Below are positions 29,226 to 37,305 of a DNA stretch of 64,000 nucleotides, piece by piece. A program made the translations under genes and the position numbers. The notes under the pieces are model-generated. The model had not been told where the DNA came from, made no database searches, and was given only the letters and a program-made list of their open reading frames with translations. Where the stretch lies: positions 32,001 to 96,000 of the IMG/VR virus record IMGVR_UViG_3300025874_000005. The stretch is one strand, 5' to 3'. Each line of letters begins with the position of its first letter. Position 1 is the first letter of the stretch. Source of the DNA: a virus.

Positions 29226-30368
29226 ATGAAGGGAGAAAGAATTAATTTTACGGTTAATACATCATTCTATAAACGAAGTGATTGGGTAGACCATATTTAT
29301 GAAGGTTTAAAAGCTCAAACTTACAAATATTGGGAATGGGTTGTAACTGATGATTTTTCTCCCGATAAAAATGCTGAAGAGCGTTTAAAAGAGATAGCTA
29401 AAAATGACCATAGGGTAGTTTATTACACTCAGTCTAGAAAAAAAGAATTATTTTATAATCCTAATTATGGTGCTAGTGGTAATGTTATCTTCCAGATGGA
29501 TAGTGATGACACAATGTACCCTAATATACTTGAAGTTTACGCTAAACATTTTATGGAAGATCCTTCATTGATTGGGATATGTTGTGGTGCTTTAAAAAAT
29601 AAAAATGGTGTTGAGTTGTTTGAGTGGACTGCTCCTAATTTAGAGGCGCAGAGTAATTTTATTATGACTTATGGCCGAGCTTGGAGAAATGTAATACCAC
29701 ATTTTGATTATGATGGTAAATTAGATTATTTTCAAAATGATCTTAATATTTGGAGACATATTGAAGCTAGGGGTAAAGTAATGTTTTTACCTAGAGAATT
29801 ATATAAATACAATTATGCTAGTCAAGGTAGTTTCTCACACAGACAATTTGATGGTTATGATAATGAATCAGAGCGATTAATTGAGGAAGAAAGATGTAGG
29901 ATTGAAGAAAAGTATAGTACTATTTGGAAAGATGATGATGAGTGTACTTTTGATTTAAAATATTTACCAATTAATAAGTTAGCCTGGGCTTTTTATGAAG
30001 CTGATTTTCATAAAACATCACATAATAGTAGAGTTAATTTTATAAAAACAGATATAAAGCCTTATGAAAAACAACTATTGAATGAGTTGTATTATGATAA
30101 TACTATAATTTATAATGGTAGTGTTGAGGAGGAATATGATGAAGTTATTATTTATGTAAGTAATCAAGAAACATTAGATATAATGTATGAAAATTATGAA
30201 AAGTGGAAAGTTAATAAAGTAAGATTTCACATTAATAAACAAATATTTGATTGTAATATTGATAATGCACCTCATAATTATTTTGGGTTTGGACACATAT
30301 TGAATGGATGGTATGGATATATTAGTTATAATGGAGATGATGTTTTAAAAATTAGTGATGAGTACTGA
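29226..30368 (+). CDS. GT2-family glycosyltransferase (outside the main cluster)
   Basis: LKAQTYKYWEWVVTDDFS, QMDSDD. Confidence 0.85.
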   Translation: MKGERINFTVNTSFYKRSDWVDHIYEGLKAQTYKYWEWVVTDDFSPDKNAEERLKEIAKNDHRVVYYTQSRKKELFYNPNYGASGNVIFQMDSDDTMYPNILEVYAKHFMEDPSLIGICCGALKNKNGVELFEWTAPNLEAQSNFIMTYGRAWRNVIPHFDYDGKLDYFQNDLNIWRHIEARGKVMFLPRELYKYNYASQGSFSHRQFDGYDNESERLIEEERCRIEEKYSTIWKDDDECTFDLKYLPINKLAWAFYEADFHKTSHNSRVNFIKTDIKPYEKQLLNELYYDNTIIYNGSVEEEYDEVIIYVSNQETLDIMYENYEKWKVNKVRFHINKQIFDCNIDNAPHNYFGFGHILNGWYGYISYNGDDVLKISDEY

Positions 30369-30528
30369 AAAGGATAAAAATAAAAAATTAGAGAAAGTAA
30401 CACTCACTCAACAAGAAATTTGGCAGGCTATGCGAGGTAATATTCATAAGAGTAAAAAAGATTATAAACGTAAACCTAAACATAAGGGTGGTGATGATTA
30501 TAATTGGCATCCTGATAGACAAATTTGA
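30358..30528 (+). CDS. Small basic peptide (56 aa) with ArfA-like tail
   Basis: HKSKKDYKRKPKHK. Confidence 0.6.
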   Translation: MSTEKDKNKKLEKVTLTQQEIWQAMRGNIHKSKKDYKRKPKHKGGDDYNWHPDRQI

Positions 30529-30625
30529 AACTCCCGGTGAATTGCTTGGAGAAGCAAGAGAGGGTTCGTATATTTACGTATAAATGAGGCGCGAAGCCGA
30601 ATTAATAATTAAAAAAATAAAGGTT
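30527..30625 (+). promoter_or_regulatory. Extended early promoter plus leader
   Basis: Core at 30545-30576; hairpin GGC-GCGAA-GCC; AATAAAGGTTATG. Confidence 0.85.
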
Positions 30626-30850
30626 ATGATTAGAAAAAAACAAGATTTAAAACCGTCAACTCCAATGATAATTGACTTGACAGGTCCCGATGGTAATGCG
30701 TTTGCATTACTAGGCTTTGCTAAAAACTTTGCCAACCAACTCAAATTAGATTTTAGTAAGATAAGTGATGAAATGACTTCAGGTGATTATGAGAATCTAA
30801 TTGAAGTATTTGATAAGTATTTTGGTTCATTTGTAATATTAGAAAGATAA
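30626..30850 (+). CDS. Conserved phage protein (IDLTGPDGNAF type)
   Basis: Start moved to MIRKKQ. Confidence 0.75.
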   Translation: MIRKKQDLKPSTPMIIDLTGPDGNAFALLGFAKNFANQLKLDFSKISDEMTSGDYENLIEVFDKYFGSFVILER

Positions 30851-32139
30851 TGGTTATGACTGAATTAGAAGATTTTATAAATGAAATGCGAAGTACGAGC
30901 AGTGCTACGGACAAAATAGACATTATTAAGCGTAGTTCTGCGTTTATTCATGATGTACTTGAAGCGACATATAACCCCTACAAACAATACTATGTCACCA
31001 GTAAAACGTGTAAGAAAAATAAAGGGAAATTCAAATATAACACACATAAGGATGTTTTTAGTTTGTTAAATGACCTAACTAATAGAGTTTACACAGGACA
31101 TGATGCAATTCATCAAGTAAATGGGTTTGAAATGGCTACTGCTTATGGACATAATGTTTATAAAATTATTGATAAAGATTTAGGTATTAGGGCTGGAGCT
31201 AAAGTTATTAATAAAGCAGTACCAGGTCTTATTCCTGAGTTTAACGTAGTGTTGGCTCAAGAGTATAAAGGTAAATGTGAATGGAGTGATGAATGGTATG
31301 TTTCTAGAAAATTAGATGGAGTTAGATGTATAGCTAGAGTTGATAGTGAGGGTAATTGCTCATTATTTAGTAGAACAGGTAAAGAATTTACCACATTAAA
31401 TAAAGTTAAAGAAGCTATTGAAGATACTGGTATTATTAGTACTACATTTGATGGTGAGATTTGTTTAGTTGATGAAGATGGTAATGAAGATTTTCAAGGT
31501 GTAATGAAGCAATTGAGACGTAAAGATCATCAAATTAAAAACCCAGCATATATGGTATTTGATATGTTGAGAAATGATGAATTTGATAGTGGTAAAGGTA
31601 CAGAGCCATTAAAAACACGTTTGCTTAAATGTAGGTCTTGGGTTAGAAATAATTTAGATAAGCCAATGATAGAAAGTAAATGTGATATTTTACGTTTTAC
31701 AGATCAAACATTAATTACAGGTGAGGATCATTTTGAATATTGGAGAAATATTGAATGTAAAGATAATTGGGAAGGTTTAATGTTACGTAAGAATTGTGGT
31801 TATGAAGGTAAGCGTACTAAAAACTTGGTTAAGGTAAAGAAATTCCATGATGCTGAGTATGAAGTGTTAGGGTGGGATAATGATACACATGAGGTAGTTA
31901 GAGATGGTAAGTCTGAGTCGATGACGATGTTGGCTCAGGTTTGGATTGAACATAAAGGACATATTGTGAAGGTAGGTAGTGGATTTACCCAAGAGCAGCG
32001 TTTGGAGTATATGGATGGATCAATTTTAGGTAAAGTAATTACGGTTCAATATTTTGAGGAAACCAAAAATGATAAAGGTGGTATTAGTTTAAGATTCCCA
32101 ACTGTAAAAGTAATACATGGGGATAAACGTGAAATGTAA
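30850..32139 (+). CDS. ATP-dependent DNA ligase
   Basis: KLDGVR (motif I), FDGE, VFD, EGLMLR, KVK, VGSG, SLRFP. Confidence 0.95.
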   Translation: MVMTELEDFINEMRSTSSATDKIDIIKRSSAFIHDVLEATYNPYKQYYVTSKTCKKNKGKFKYNTHKDVFSLLNDLTNRVYTGHDAIHQVNGFEMATAYGHNVYKIIDKDLGIRAGAKVINKAVPGLIPEFNVVLAQEYKGKCEWSDEWYVSRKLDGVRCIARVDSEGNCSLFSRTGKEFTTLNKVKEAIEDTGIISTTFDGEICLVDEDGNEDFQGVMKQLRRKDHQIKNPAYMVFDMLRNDEFDSGKGTEPLKTRLLKCRSWVRNNLDKPMIESKCDILRFTDQTLITGEDHFEYWRNIECKDNWEGLMLRKNCGYEGKRTKNLVKVKKFHDAEYEVLGWDNDTHEVVRDGKSESMTMLAQVWIEHKGHIVKVGSGFTQEQRLEYMDGSILGKVITVQYFEETKNDKGGISLRFPTVKVIHGDKREM

Positions 32140-32149
32140 ATTATATAAT

Positions 32150-32326
32150 ATGATAGTAAATCAAGAATCAACATTAAGTTTTAAACATTGGGATGAAGAG
32201 GTTGTGATAAAAAGAGATCATAGCGATTTAACAATTGGTGAATTTTACCAAATATGTAAGCAATTAGCTTTAGGGGCTGGTTTTCAACCAAACAATGTAG
32301 ATGAATATTTTAATATAGACCAATAA
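32150..32326 (+). CDS. Hypothetical protein
   Basis: Start moved to MIVNQE. Confidence 0.65.
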   Translation: MIVNQESTLSFKHWDEEVVIKRDHSDLTIGEFYQICKQLALGAGFQPNNVDEYFNIDQ

Positions 32327-32337
32327 TATAACTTCAA

Positions 32338-32562
32338 ATGGAAAATAAAACAGGTAGAAAATACAATCGTAAAAAGTGGAATTGGTGTGAGTTGGAAGAT
32401 GGAAAATATGATGATGTAAAAAGTAAATATGATGAGCATCCTTACTATGATAGCCCTAAGCGTAAGAAAAATGAGGAAGCATTCTTTTGGTTTATTACAA
32501 TAGCTGGTGGTTGTGTTGTTGGAATGATTTTAGGTGGGTTAGTAATTAAACTTATATTTTAA
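32338..32562 (+). CDS. Small membrane protein
   Basis: C-terminal TM helix. Confidence 0.65.
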   Translation: MENKTGRKYNRKKWNWCELEDGKYDDVKSKYDEHPYYDSPKRKKNEEAFFWFITIAGGCVVGMILGGLVIKLIF

Positions 32563-32792
32563 TGGGAGTAGAATTAGATAAAGAATTGATGAGTAAAATG
32601 ACACTGCAAGAGCGTTTTGATTACATAAATGAAATTAAACGACTGAAGATGTTTGCTCAAAACCCAAAGCAGAGAAATGACGAATGGGTGGATAGAGATG
32701 AGAATGAATGGGATTCCAGCAGCGGTGGAGATAAATTAAATCGTCGCGGTGGAGAGTATAACGACGTGGGAGATGATTCAAATGAGTACTAA
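32562..32792 (+). CDS. Hypothetical protein
   Basis: TAATG coupling to the upstream gene. Confidence 0.65.
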   Translation: MGVELDKELMSKMTLQERFDYINEIKRLKMFAQNPKQRNDEWVDRDENEWDSSSGGDKLNRRGGEYNDVGDDSNEY

Positions 32793-32811
32793 TAATTAAA
32801 ATCAACATTAT

Positions 32812-32976
32812 ATGGATAATGAGATAATAATTGCTTTAATAGGTGTTCCTGCAATATTCCTATTTGCATTTGGGTGGACGTGGTTAGAGGAGCGTTCACG
32901 AGCGCGTTCTAAGCGTAAGTATGACCAACAAATGGCTAAATATGACACGTGGATGGATGAGATTAAGCGTATGTAA
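32812..32976 (+). CDS. Small membrane protein (54 aa)
   Basis: N-terminal TM IIIALIGVPAIFLFAFGW followed by a basic tail. Confidence 0.6.
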   Translation: MDNEIIIALIGVPAIFLFAFGWTWLEERSRARSKRKYDQQMAKYDTWMDEIKRM

Positions 32977-33122
32977 CAAACGTTGATAAGGGTATATGGA
33001 CTAAAGTGGCACTGCCGTTAACCCCTCTTGCCCGCGCATCCAACCTTACCACTAGGTAACGAGTATATACTTGTGAACATAACGGAAACGCGCGGTTCGC
33101 GAATATTCATAACTATTTCTTT

Positions 33123-33220
33123 AAGGCACCGGCGAAGATATGTGGTTCCCCGAGGGAGCCTTCGTATATTTACGGGGTAAATGAGGCGGGAACGCAAGTT
33201 AAATTAAAAAAATAAAGGTT
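33123..33220 (+). promoter_or_regulatory. Extended early promoter plus leader; spacer forms a hairpin
   Basis: Core at 33141-33172 containing GGTTCCC-CGA-GGGAGCC; leader GCG-GGAA-CGC. Confidence 0.85.
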
Positions 33221-33505
33221 ATGTATAGTGTAAGACAATTAAGTGAAGGGGATGTTAAGGACATCATGGAGTATGAGGGCAAGTTATTTAGCGATAACAA
33301 CAGTAATACGGGCTCATGTCTGTGTTTGAAGGTTGATGTTGATGGTGATAAAGTGTACTACCAGGAGAGCTACAGTCGATATGGTAATTTCACTGGTAAG
33401 AATATTTACGGTGAGCGTCGTGACGATAAGCTCAATCACCCACGTCCAGGTTTGCTCACCTGCTCACTTACCACATTTTATGGTAAATCAATTGGTTGGG
33501 TTTAA
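33221..33505 (+). CDS. Hypothetical early protein
   Basis: Single gene between two promoter repeats. Confidence 0.72.
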   Translation: MYSVRQLSEGDVKDIMEYEGKLFSDNNSNTGSCLCLKVDVDGDKVYYQESYSRYGNFTGKNIYGERRDDKLNHPRPGLLTCSLTTFYGKSIGWV

Positions 33506-33508
33506 TTA

Positions 33509-33616
33509 AAGACTCCCGCCAAAAGGCTTGGATACCCGAGTCTTTGTTCGTATATTTACGGGGTAAATGATGAGATAAGTCCATCGAATAAAGGTTATTA
33601 ATTAAAAATAAAGGTT
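33509..33616 (+). promoter_or_regulatory. Extended early promoter plus leader
   Basis: AAGACTCCCG box, core at 33527-33558, duplicated AATAAAGGTTAT. Confidence 0.85.
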
Positions 33617-34117
33617 ATGTTAAAGAATTTTAAAAGTGGTTATGCAGTTAGTGGTTCTGATCAAACAGCTAAAGGCGAGAGTAATGATTGCGTGGTGAGA
33701 GCCATTGCGAATGCTTGTGACGTGAATTATTCCCAAGCACACAAATATGTTTCCGACACTTTCAAACGTAAGAAAGGTGAAGGTACAAAACAGTTTATGT
33801 CTACTTTGGACAACGTTAAGGAAATGACGTTTGATGAGGTGGGCCAATTGAGTCTATTTGATAGTGGCATTACTAGAAAGTTAAAGGTGCTAGGTCACGG
33901 GCCTAAACAAGGTGGTGACATGGTTAATCCAAAATATAAGCACAAGCCGGTTGCATTTACAGTTAAAGCATTTGCACAGCGGTTTAATAAAGGCAATTAC
34001 ATACTAGCCGTGAATAAACACGCATTGGCGATTAAGGATGGCGTGGTGATTGACAATGGTAATTATCAGTATGATGGTTATAGGCGCGTAGTAGAGGGTG
34101 CGTACCAAGTATCATAA
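33617..34117 (+). CDS. Hypothetical, possible papain-like/C39 peptidase fold
   Basis: ESNDCVVRAIA ... KHALAIKDGVVID (possible Cys-His-Asp). Confidence 0.6.
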   Translation: MLKNFKSGYAVSGSDQTAKGESNDCVVRAIANACDVNYSQAHKYVSDTFKRKKGEGTKQFMSTLDNVKEMTFDEVGQLSLFDSGITRKLKVLGHGPKQGGDMVNPKYKHKPVAFTVKAFAQRFNKGNYILAVNKHALAIKDGVVIDNGNYQYDGYRRVVEGAYQVS

Positions 34118-34618
34118 GTACTAGTACGTCATTATTAAATATAAGGTGGCGTCGACGGCCATTGTAAGTACCCCTACGGTGACATAACCTACCGTGGTGG
34201 GTACCTTACTATATATTACTTATTACTTATGTAGTACTGGGTGTAATATAATATAGATAATAGTTCGGGCGGCGTGCGGCGTACGTACCGCATAATAACC
34301 CACGGTATGCCGCCGTCCATCGGGCGTGTATATGCGCAAGAAAGGGTGTAGTGGGCTTATTAGAGCGAGTATAAAACTAACCCATCGATTGTATATACAA
34401 ATATATTATATGCAACTACATACAAAATAACGCATCTCAAAAAAATTATATGTAAGCCCATATAGGATAAAGAAAATAAAAACCCGCAAGGCGCAAATAG
34501 TAGCGAACGACGATTTCTTCACATCGATAGAAGATATATGTATATAACGTAATAGCTACTTCATCATGGGGTAATATAAATAACCATAGGTAATTAATTA
34601 AAACCCATATATATCGCC
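34118..34618. other. Non-coding, locally GC-rich, hairpin- and palindrome-dense island
   Basis: Longest gene-free stretch in the window; hairpins at 34164-34209 and 34267-34318; many 6-12 bp palindromes. Confidence 0.75.
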
Positions 34619-34699
34619 ATGAAACATAAAACAGACATATCCTCAGTGATTTATGTAGCACTTATGATTGTAGTGTTTACATTAGCAACAATTTCTTAA
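34619..34699 (+). CDS. Possible 26-aa membrane peptide
   Basis: MKHKTDISSVIYVALMIVVFTLATIS, ending at the next promoter box. Confidence 0.35.
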   Translation: MKHKTDISSVIYVALMIVVFTLATIS

Positions 34700-34798
34700 A
34701 GGCTTCCGGTGACTTGCGTGGAGAAGCGAGAAAGCGTTCGTATATTTACAGGGTAAATGGGGTGCGAGCCCAAGTGTTAATTAAATTCAATAAAGGTT
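34699..34798 (+). promoter_or_regulatory. Extended early promoter plus leader
   Basis: Core at 34717-34748; hairpin GGGT-GCGA-GCCC. Confidence 0.87.
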
Positions 34799-35149
34799 AT
34801 GTTAAATAAGCAAAAAGTTCAAGGTTTTAGAGGTGATTTCGCAAAAGCAGTCGCTCAATTAGAAAAAGATTATGGTGTTACTATTTCATTAGGCACAATT
34901 AGGTTTGATGCTCAAGAATTAAGAGCAAAAATGACAGCTCGAGTTGGTGATGCACCACAAAAAGCTTCAAAAGATGATTTTCAAATTGGAGATGTGGTTG
35001 GTATTAATCATAAAAAAGTCTCTCCTAATGATGAATTTAAAATTATTAAAATTAACAATAAGAACATTAAAGTTCAAGCTATTAATGTTGGTGATGGTAG
35101 AATTGGTGGTTTGATTAATGTTTCACCAAGTCTATTAGTTAAAAAGTAA
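34799..35149 (+). CDS. Hypothetical protein with SH3/KOW-like C-terminus
   Basis: FQIGDVVG..FKIIKINNKNIKV. Confidence 0.72.
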   Translation: MLNKQKVQGFRGDFAKAVAQLEKDYGVTISLGTIRFDAQELRAKMTARVGDAPQKASKDDFQIGDVVGINHKKVSPNDEFKIIKINNKNIKVQAINVGDGRIGGLINVSPSLLVKK

Positions 35150-35153
35150 TTTA

Positions 35154-35257
35154 AAGACTTCCGGTGAATCGCTTGGAGAAGCGAGGAAGCTTTCGTATAT
35201 TTACGGGGTAAATGAGGTTAAAACACAATAAAAGTTTAATTTAAATAAATAAAAGTT
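35154..35257 (+). promoter_or_regulatory. Extended early promoter plus leader
   Basis: AAGACTTCCGGTGAA followed by core at 35172-35203. Confidence 0.87.
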
Positions 35258-36073
35258 ATGATGAATTCAGAAAATTTGCAAGAAGCAAAGTATTTAACAA
35301 AAGAAGCGATTGCCAAAATGGCACCTTCAGTTTTTTCAACGAAGCCAAGTAGTGAGGTTTCAGACAAGTATACACACATTCCAACGGAGCGTGTAATTGA
35401 TGATATGGAGCTTCTAGGTTGGAAGCCAATTGAAGCCAAAGAAGTTAAGGCTCGTAAGAACTCAACAAAAGGATTTCAAAAGCACTTGCTAGTGTTTAGA
35501 AATGATGATGTTGTTATTAATGGTAGTGATGGTGATACAGTTTTTCCACAAATTCTACTAACAAATTCTCACGATGGTAAGAATTCCTTCCAATTTCAAG
35601 CAGGTTTATATCGTTTGATTTGTGCAAATGGTTTAGTTATTGCAGATACGCAATTTGAAGCCGTTAAAATGCGTCATATGGGTTATACATTTGAGGATCT
35701 TCAGGTTTTACTTAAGGACATGGTAGAAAAGCTTCCGCTTACAGTTGAATCTATGAATAAGATGAAAGCTCAAGAAATGGCAGAAGAAGAAATTCTACAA
35801 TTTGCTAAAGATGCCATTAATACTAGATTTTCAAAGCAAGAAATGAAGCGTATTGAAATTGATTATAAAGCTTTAGTTCAGCCCGTACGTAAGGAAGATT
35901 ACGGTACAGACCTTTGGTCAGTATTTAATGTAGTTCAAGAAAAAATTGTAACAGGTGACTTCGATTACCGAGCAGGTGGTAAAGCACGTAAAGCTCGTGA
36001 GATAAAGAACTTCAAGCAAGATATGAAGATCAATAAAGAATTGTTTGATGTAGCACTTCAATATGCGAACTAG
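35258..36073 (+). CDS. DUF932/DUF945-family protein
   Basis: SDKYTHIPT, ILLTNSHDG, AGLYRLICANGL, DLWSVFNVVQE. Confidence 0.88.
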   Translation: MMNSENLQEAKYLTKEAIAKMAPSVFSTKPSSEVSDKYTHIPTERVIDDMELLGWKPIEAKEVKARKNSTKGFQKHLLVFRNDDVVINGSDGDTVFPQILLTNSHDGKNSFQFQAGLYRLICANGLVIADTQFEAVKMRHMGYTFEDLQVLLKDMVEKLPLTVESMNKMKAQEMAEEEILQFAKDAINTRFSKQEMKRIEIDYKALVQPVRKEDYGTDLWSVFNVVQEKIVTGDFDYRAGGKARKAREIKNFKQDMKINKELFDVALQYAN

Positions 36074-36467
36074 AGTCACATGGTTAAATGGTTGTTTTGA
36101 TGTGCTCCATGCGGGGCACATCCAACTATTTAAAAGAGCTTGGGAGGAAGGAAATGATGTGATAGTAGGAATTGACTCAGATGAGCGTATTCGTCAGATG
36201 AAGGGTGATTGTAGACCGGTGAATTCTCTTGAAAATAGAATGCTCTTCCTACAAAGTATAAAATACATTAGGAATGTAATTCCTTTCAATACGGATGATG
36301 AGCTAGATGGTTTAATTAAACGCTTGGCTCCCGAAGTATTTGTAATTGGTGAGGAGTATAGAAATAAGACAATTATAGGTAAAAAGTGGGCTAAAGCAAT
36401 GTTGTATGTGCCTCGCTATCAAGGCTTAAGTTCTTCGGATATTATAAACGGAACCCACAACTCATGA
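36063..36467 (+). CDS. hldC: Cytidylyltransferase-family enzyme, RfaE/HldE domain II (heptose-1-P adenylyltransferase)-like
   Basis: NGCFDVLHAGH, VGIDSD, KGDCRPVN, SSSDII. Confidence 0.85.
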   Translation: MRTRVTWLNGCFDVLHAGHIQLFKRAWEEGNDVIVGIDSDERIRQMKGDCRPVNSLENRMLFLQSIKYIRNVIPFNTDDELDGLIKRLAPEVFVIGEEYRNKTIIGKKWAKAMLYVPRYQGLSSSDIINGTHNS

Positions 36468-36491
36468 TATTTATAACAAAATAATAGAATT

Positions 36492-36857
36492 ATGCCAACA
36501 TATCCCAGCTCATCACTAAACGGAAGTGGATCTTTAGGAACGTCAGTTATGACTGCCGGTCAACAATATCTCTTTGAATTAGAAAATACCGCGACGACGA
36601 TTGGTTCGGTAGCTTACTTTACACTGGAAGCTAACTCAACCGCAAATCAAAATCTTCTTACTCAAACACCAATAGCCGGAGCGTTTGGTGGTTTTTTACA
36701 AGATATTGATGAAGGGTCTTTGCAAGAAAATACCTATGGTTTTTCCGTAAGTCTATTTGGTAAGGGTGGTTCATTTACATTTACCCCTACTACCACAATT
36801 CCTGCAAATACTTACTATTTAAAAACAACTGGTCGTGTAGGGTTGGTGATATCATAA
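36492..36857 (+). CDS. Small putative virion protein
   Basis: S/T/G-rich, beta-type composition; late motif at 36467; SGS motif. Confidence 0.6.
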   Translation: MPTYPSSSLNGSGSLGTSVMTAGQQYLFELENTATTIGSVAYFTLEANSTANQNLLTQTPIAGAFGGFLQDIDEGSLQENTYGFSVSLFGKGGSFTFTPTTTIPANTYYLKTTGRVGLVIS

Positions 36858-36929
36858 TATATACGTATGTATAGATGTTATATTGTTAAGGAGAGAAGTT
36901 TCGAGACGACCTAATTAAAATTAAAAAAT

Positions 36930-37067
36930 ATGTTATATAAAATCAAGATTACTGAAAGTGAAAGTGGAAAAGTACAAGAAATGCAAATTAAAACCGATCG
37001 TTTAGAATGGTTTATGGAGCAATATCAAAGAAATAGACCTGTTTTTACTTGGGAAATTATTAAGTAA
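36930..37067 (+). CDS. Small hypothetical protein (45 aa)
   Basis: MEQYQRNR motif; A-rich start context. Confidence 0.6.
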   Translation: MLYKIKITESESGKVQEMQIKTDRLEWFMEQYQRNRPVFTWEIIK

Positions 37068-37070
37068 GTT

Positions 37071-37244
37071 ATGGATCTTTTTAATAAGAAGAAGGTTGTA
37101 AACCTTCAAAAAAATATTAATAAGTGTAATGCTACTATTCTAAAAATGAGTCAAGACATTGATTATCTTAAAGAAGTTAATAGAAAACTAAAGGAAGAAA
37201 ATAGCAATTTAAAATATACTCTAAAACATCAAAGAACTTATTAA
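37071..37244 (+). CDS. Small coiled-coil protein (57 aa)
   Basis: AAGTTATG start; fills the gap. Confidence 0.55.
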   Translation: MDLFNKKKVVNLQKNINKCNATILKMSQDIDYLKEVNRKLKEENSNLKYTLKHQRTY

Positions 37245-37249
37245 ATAAA

Positions 37250-37281
37250 TTTGGTTTTTTAAGATATCTTTCGTATATTCA
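37250..37281 (+). promoter_or_regulatory. Core promoter copy
   Basis: TTTGG-N19-TATATTCA. Confidence 0.75.
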
Positions 37282-37305
37282 CCACGTAATAAAAAAATAA
37301 AGGTT

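Noticed and set aside
19251-35257. Repeated ~40-100 bp element as a CRISPR array or integron attC array
   Set aside because: Spacing is irregular (270 bp to several kb) and whole genes lie between copies. The copies are degenerate with promoter-like fixed spacing, and no cas gene, integrase or attC-type R boxes were seen.
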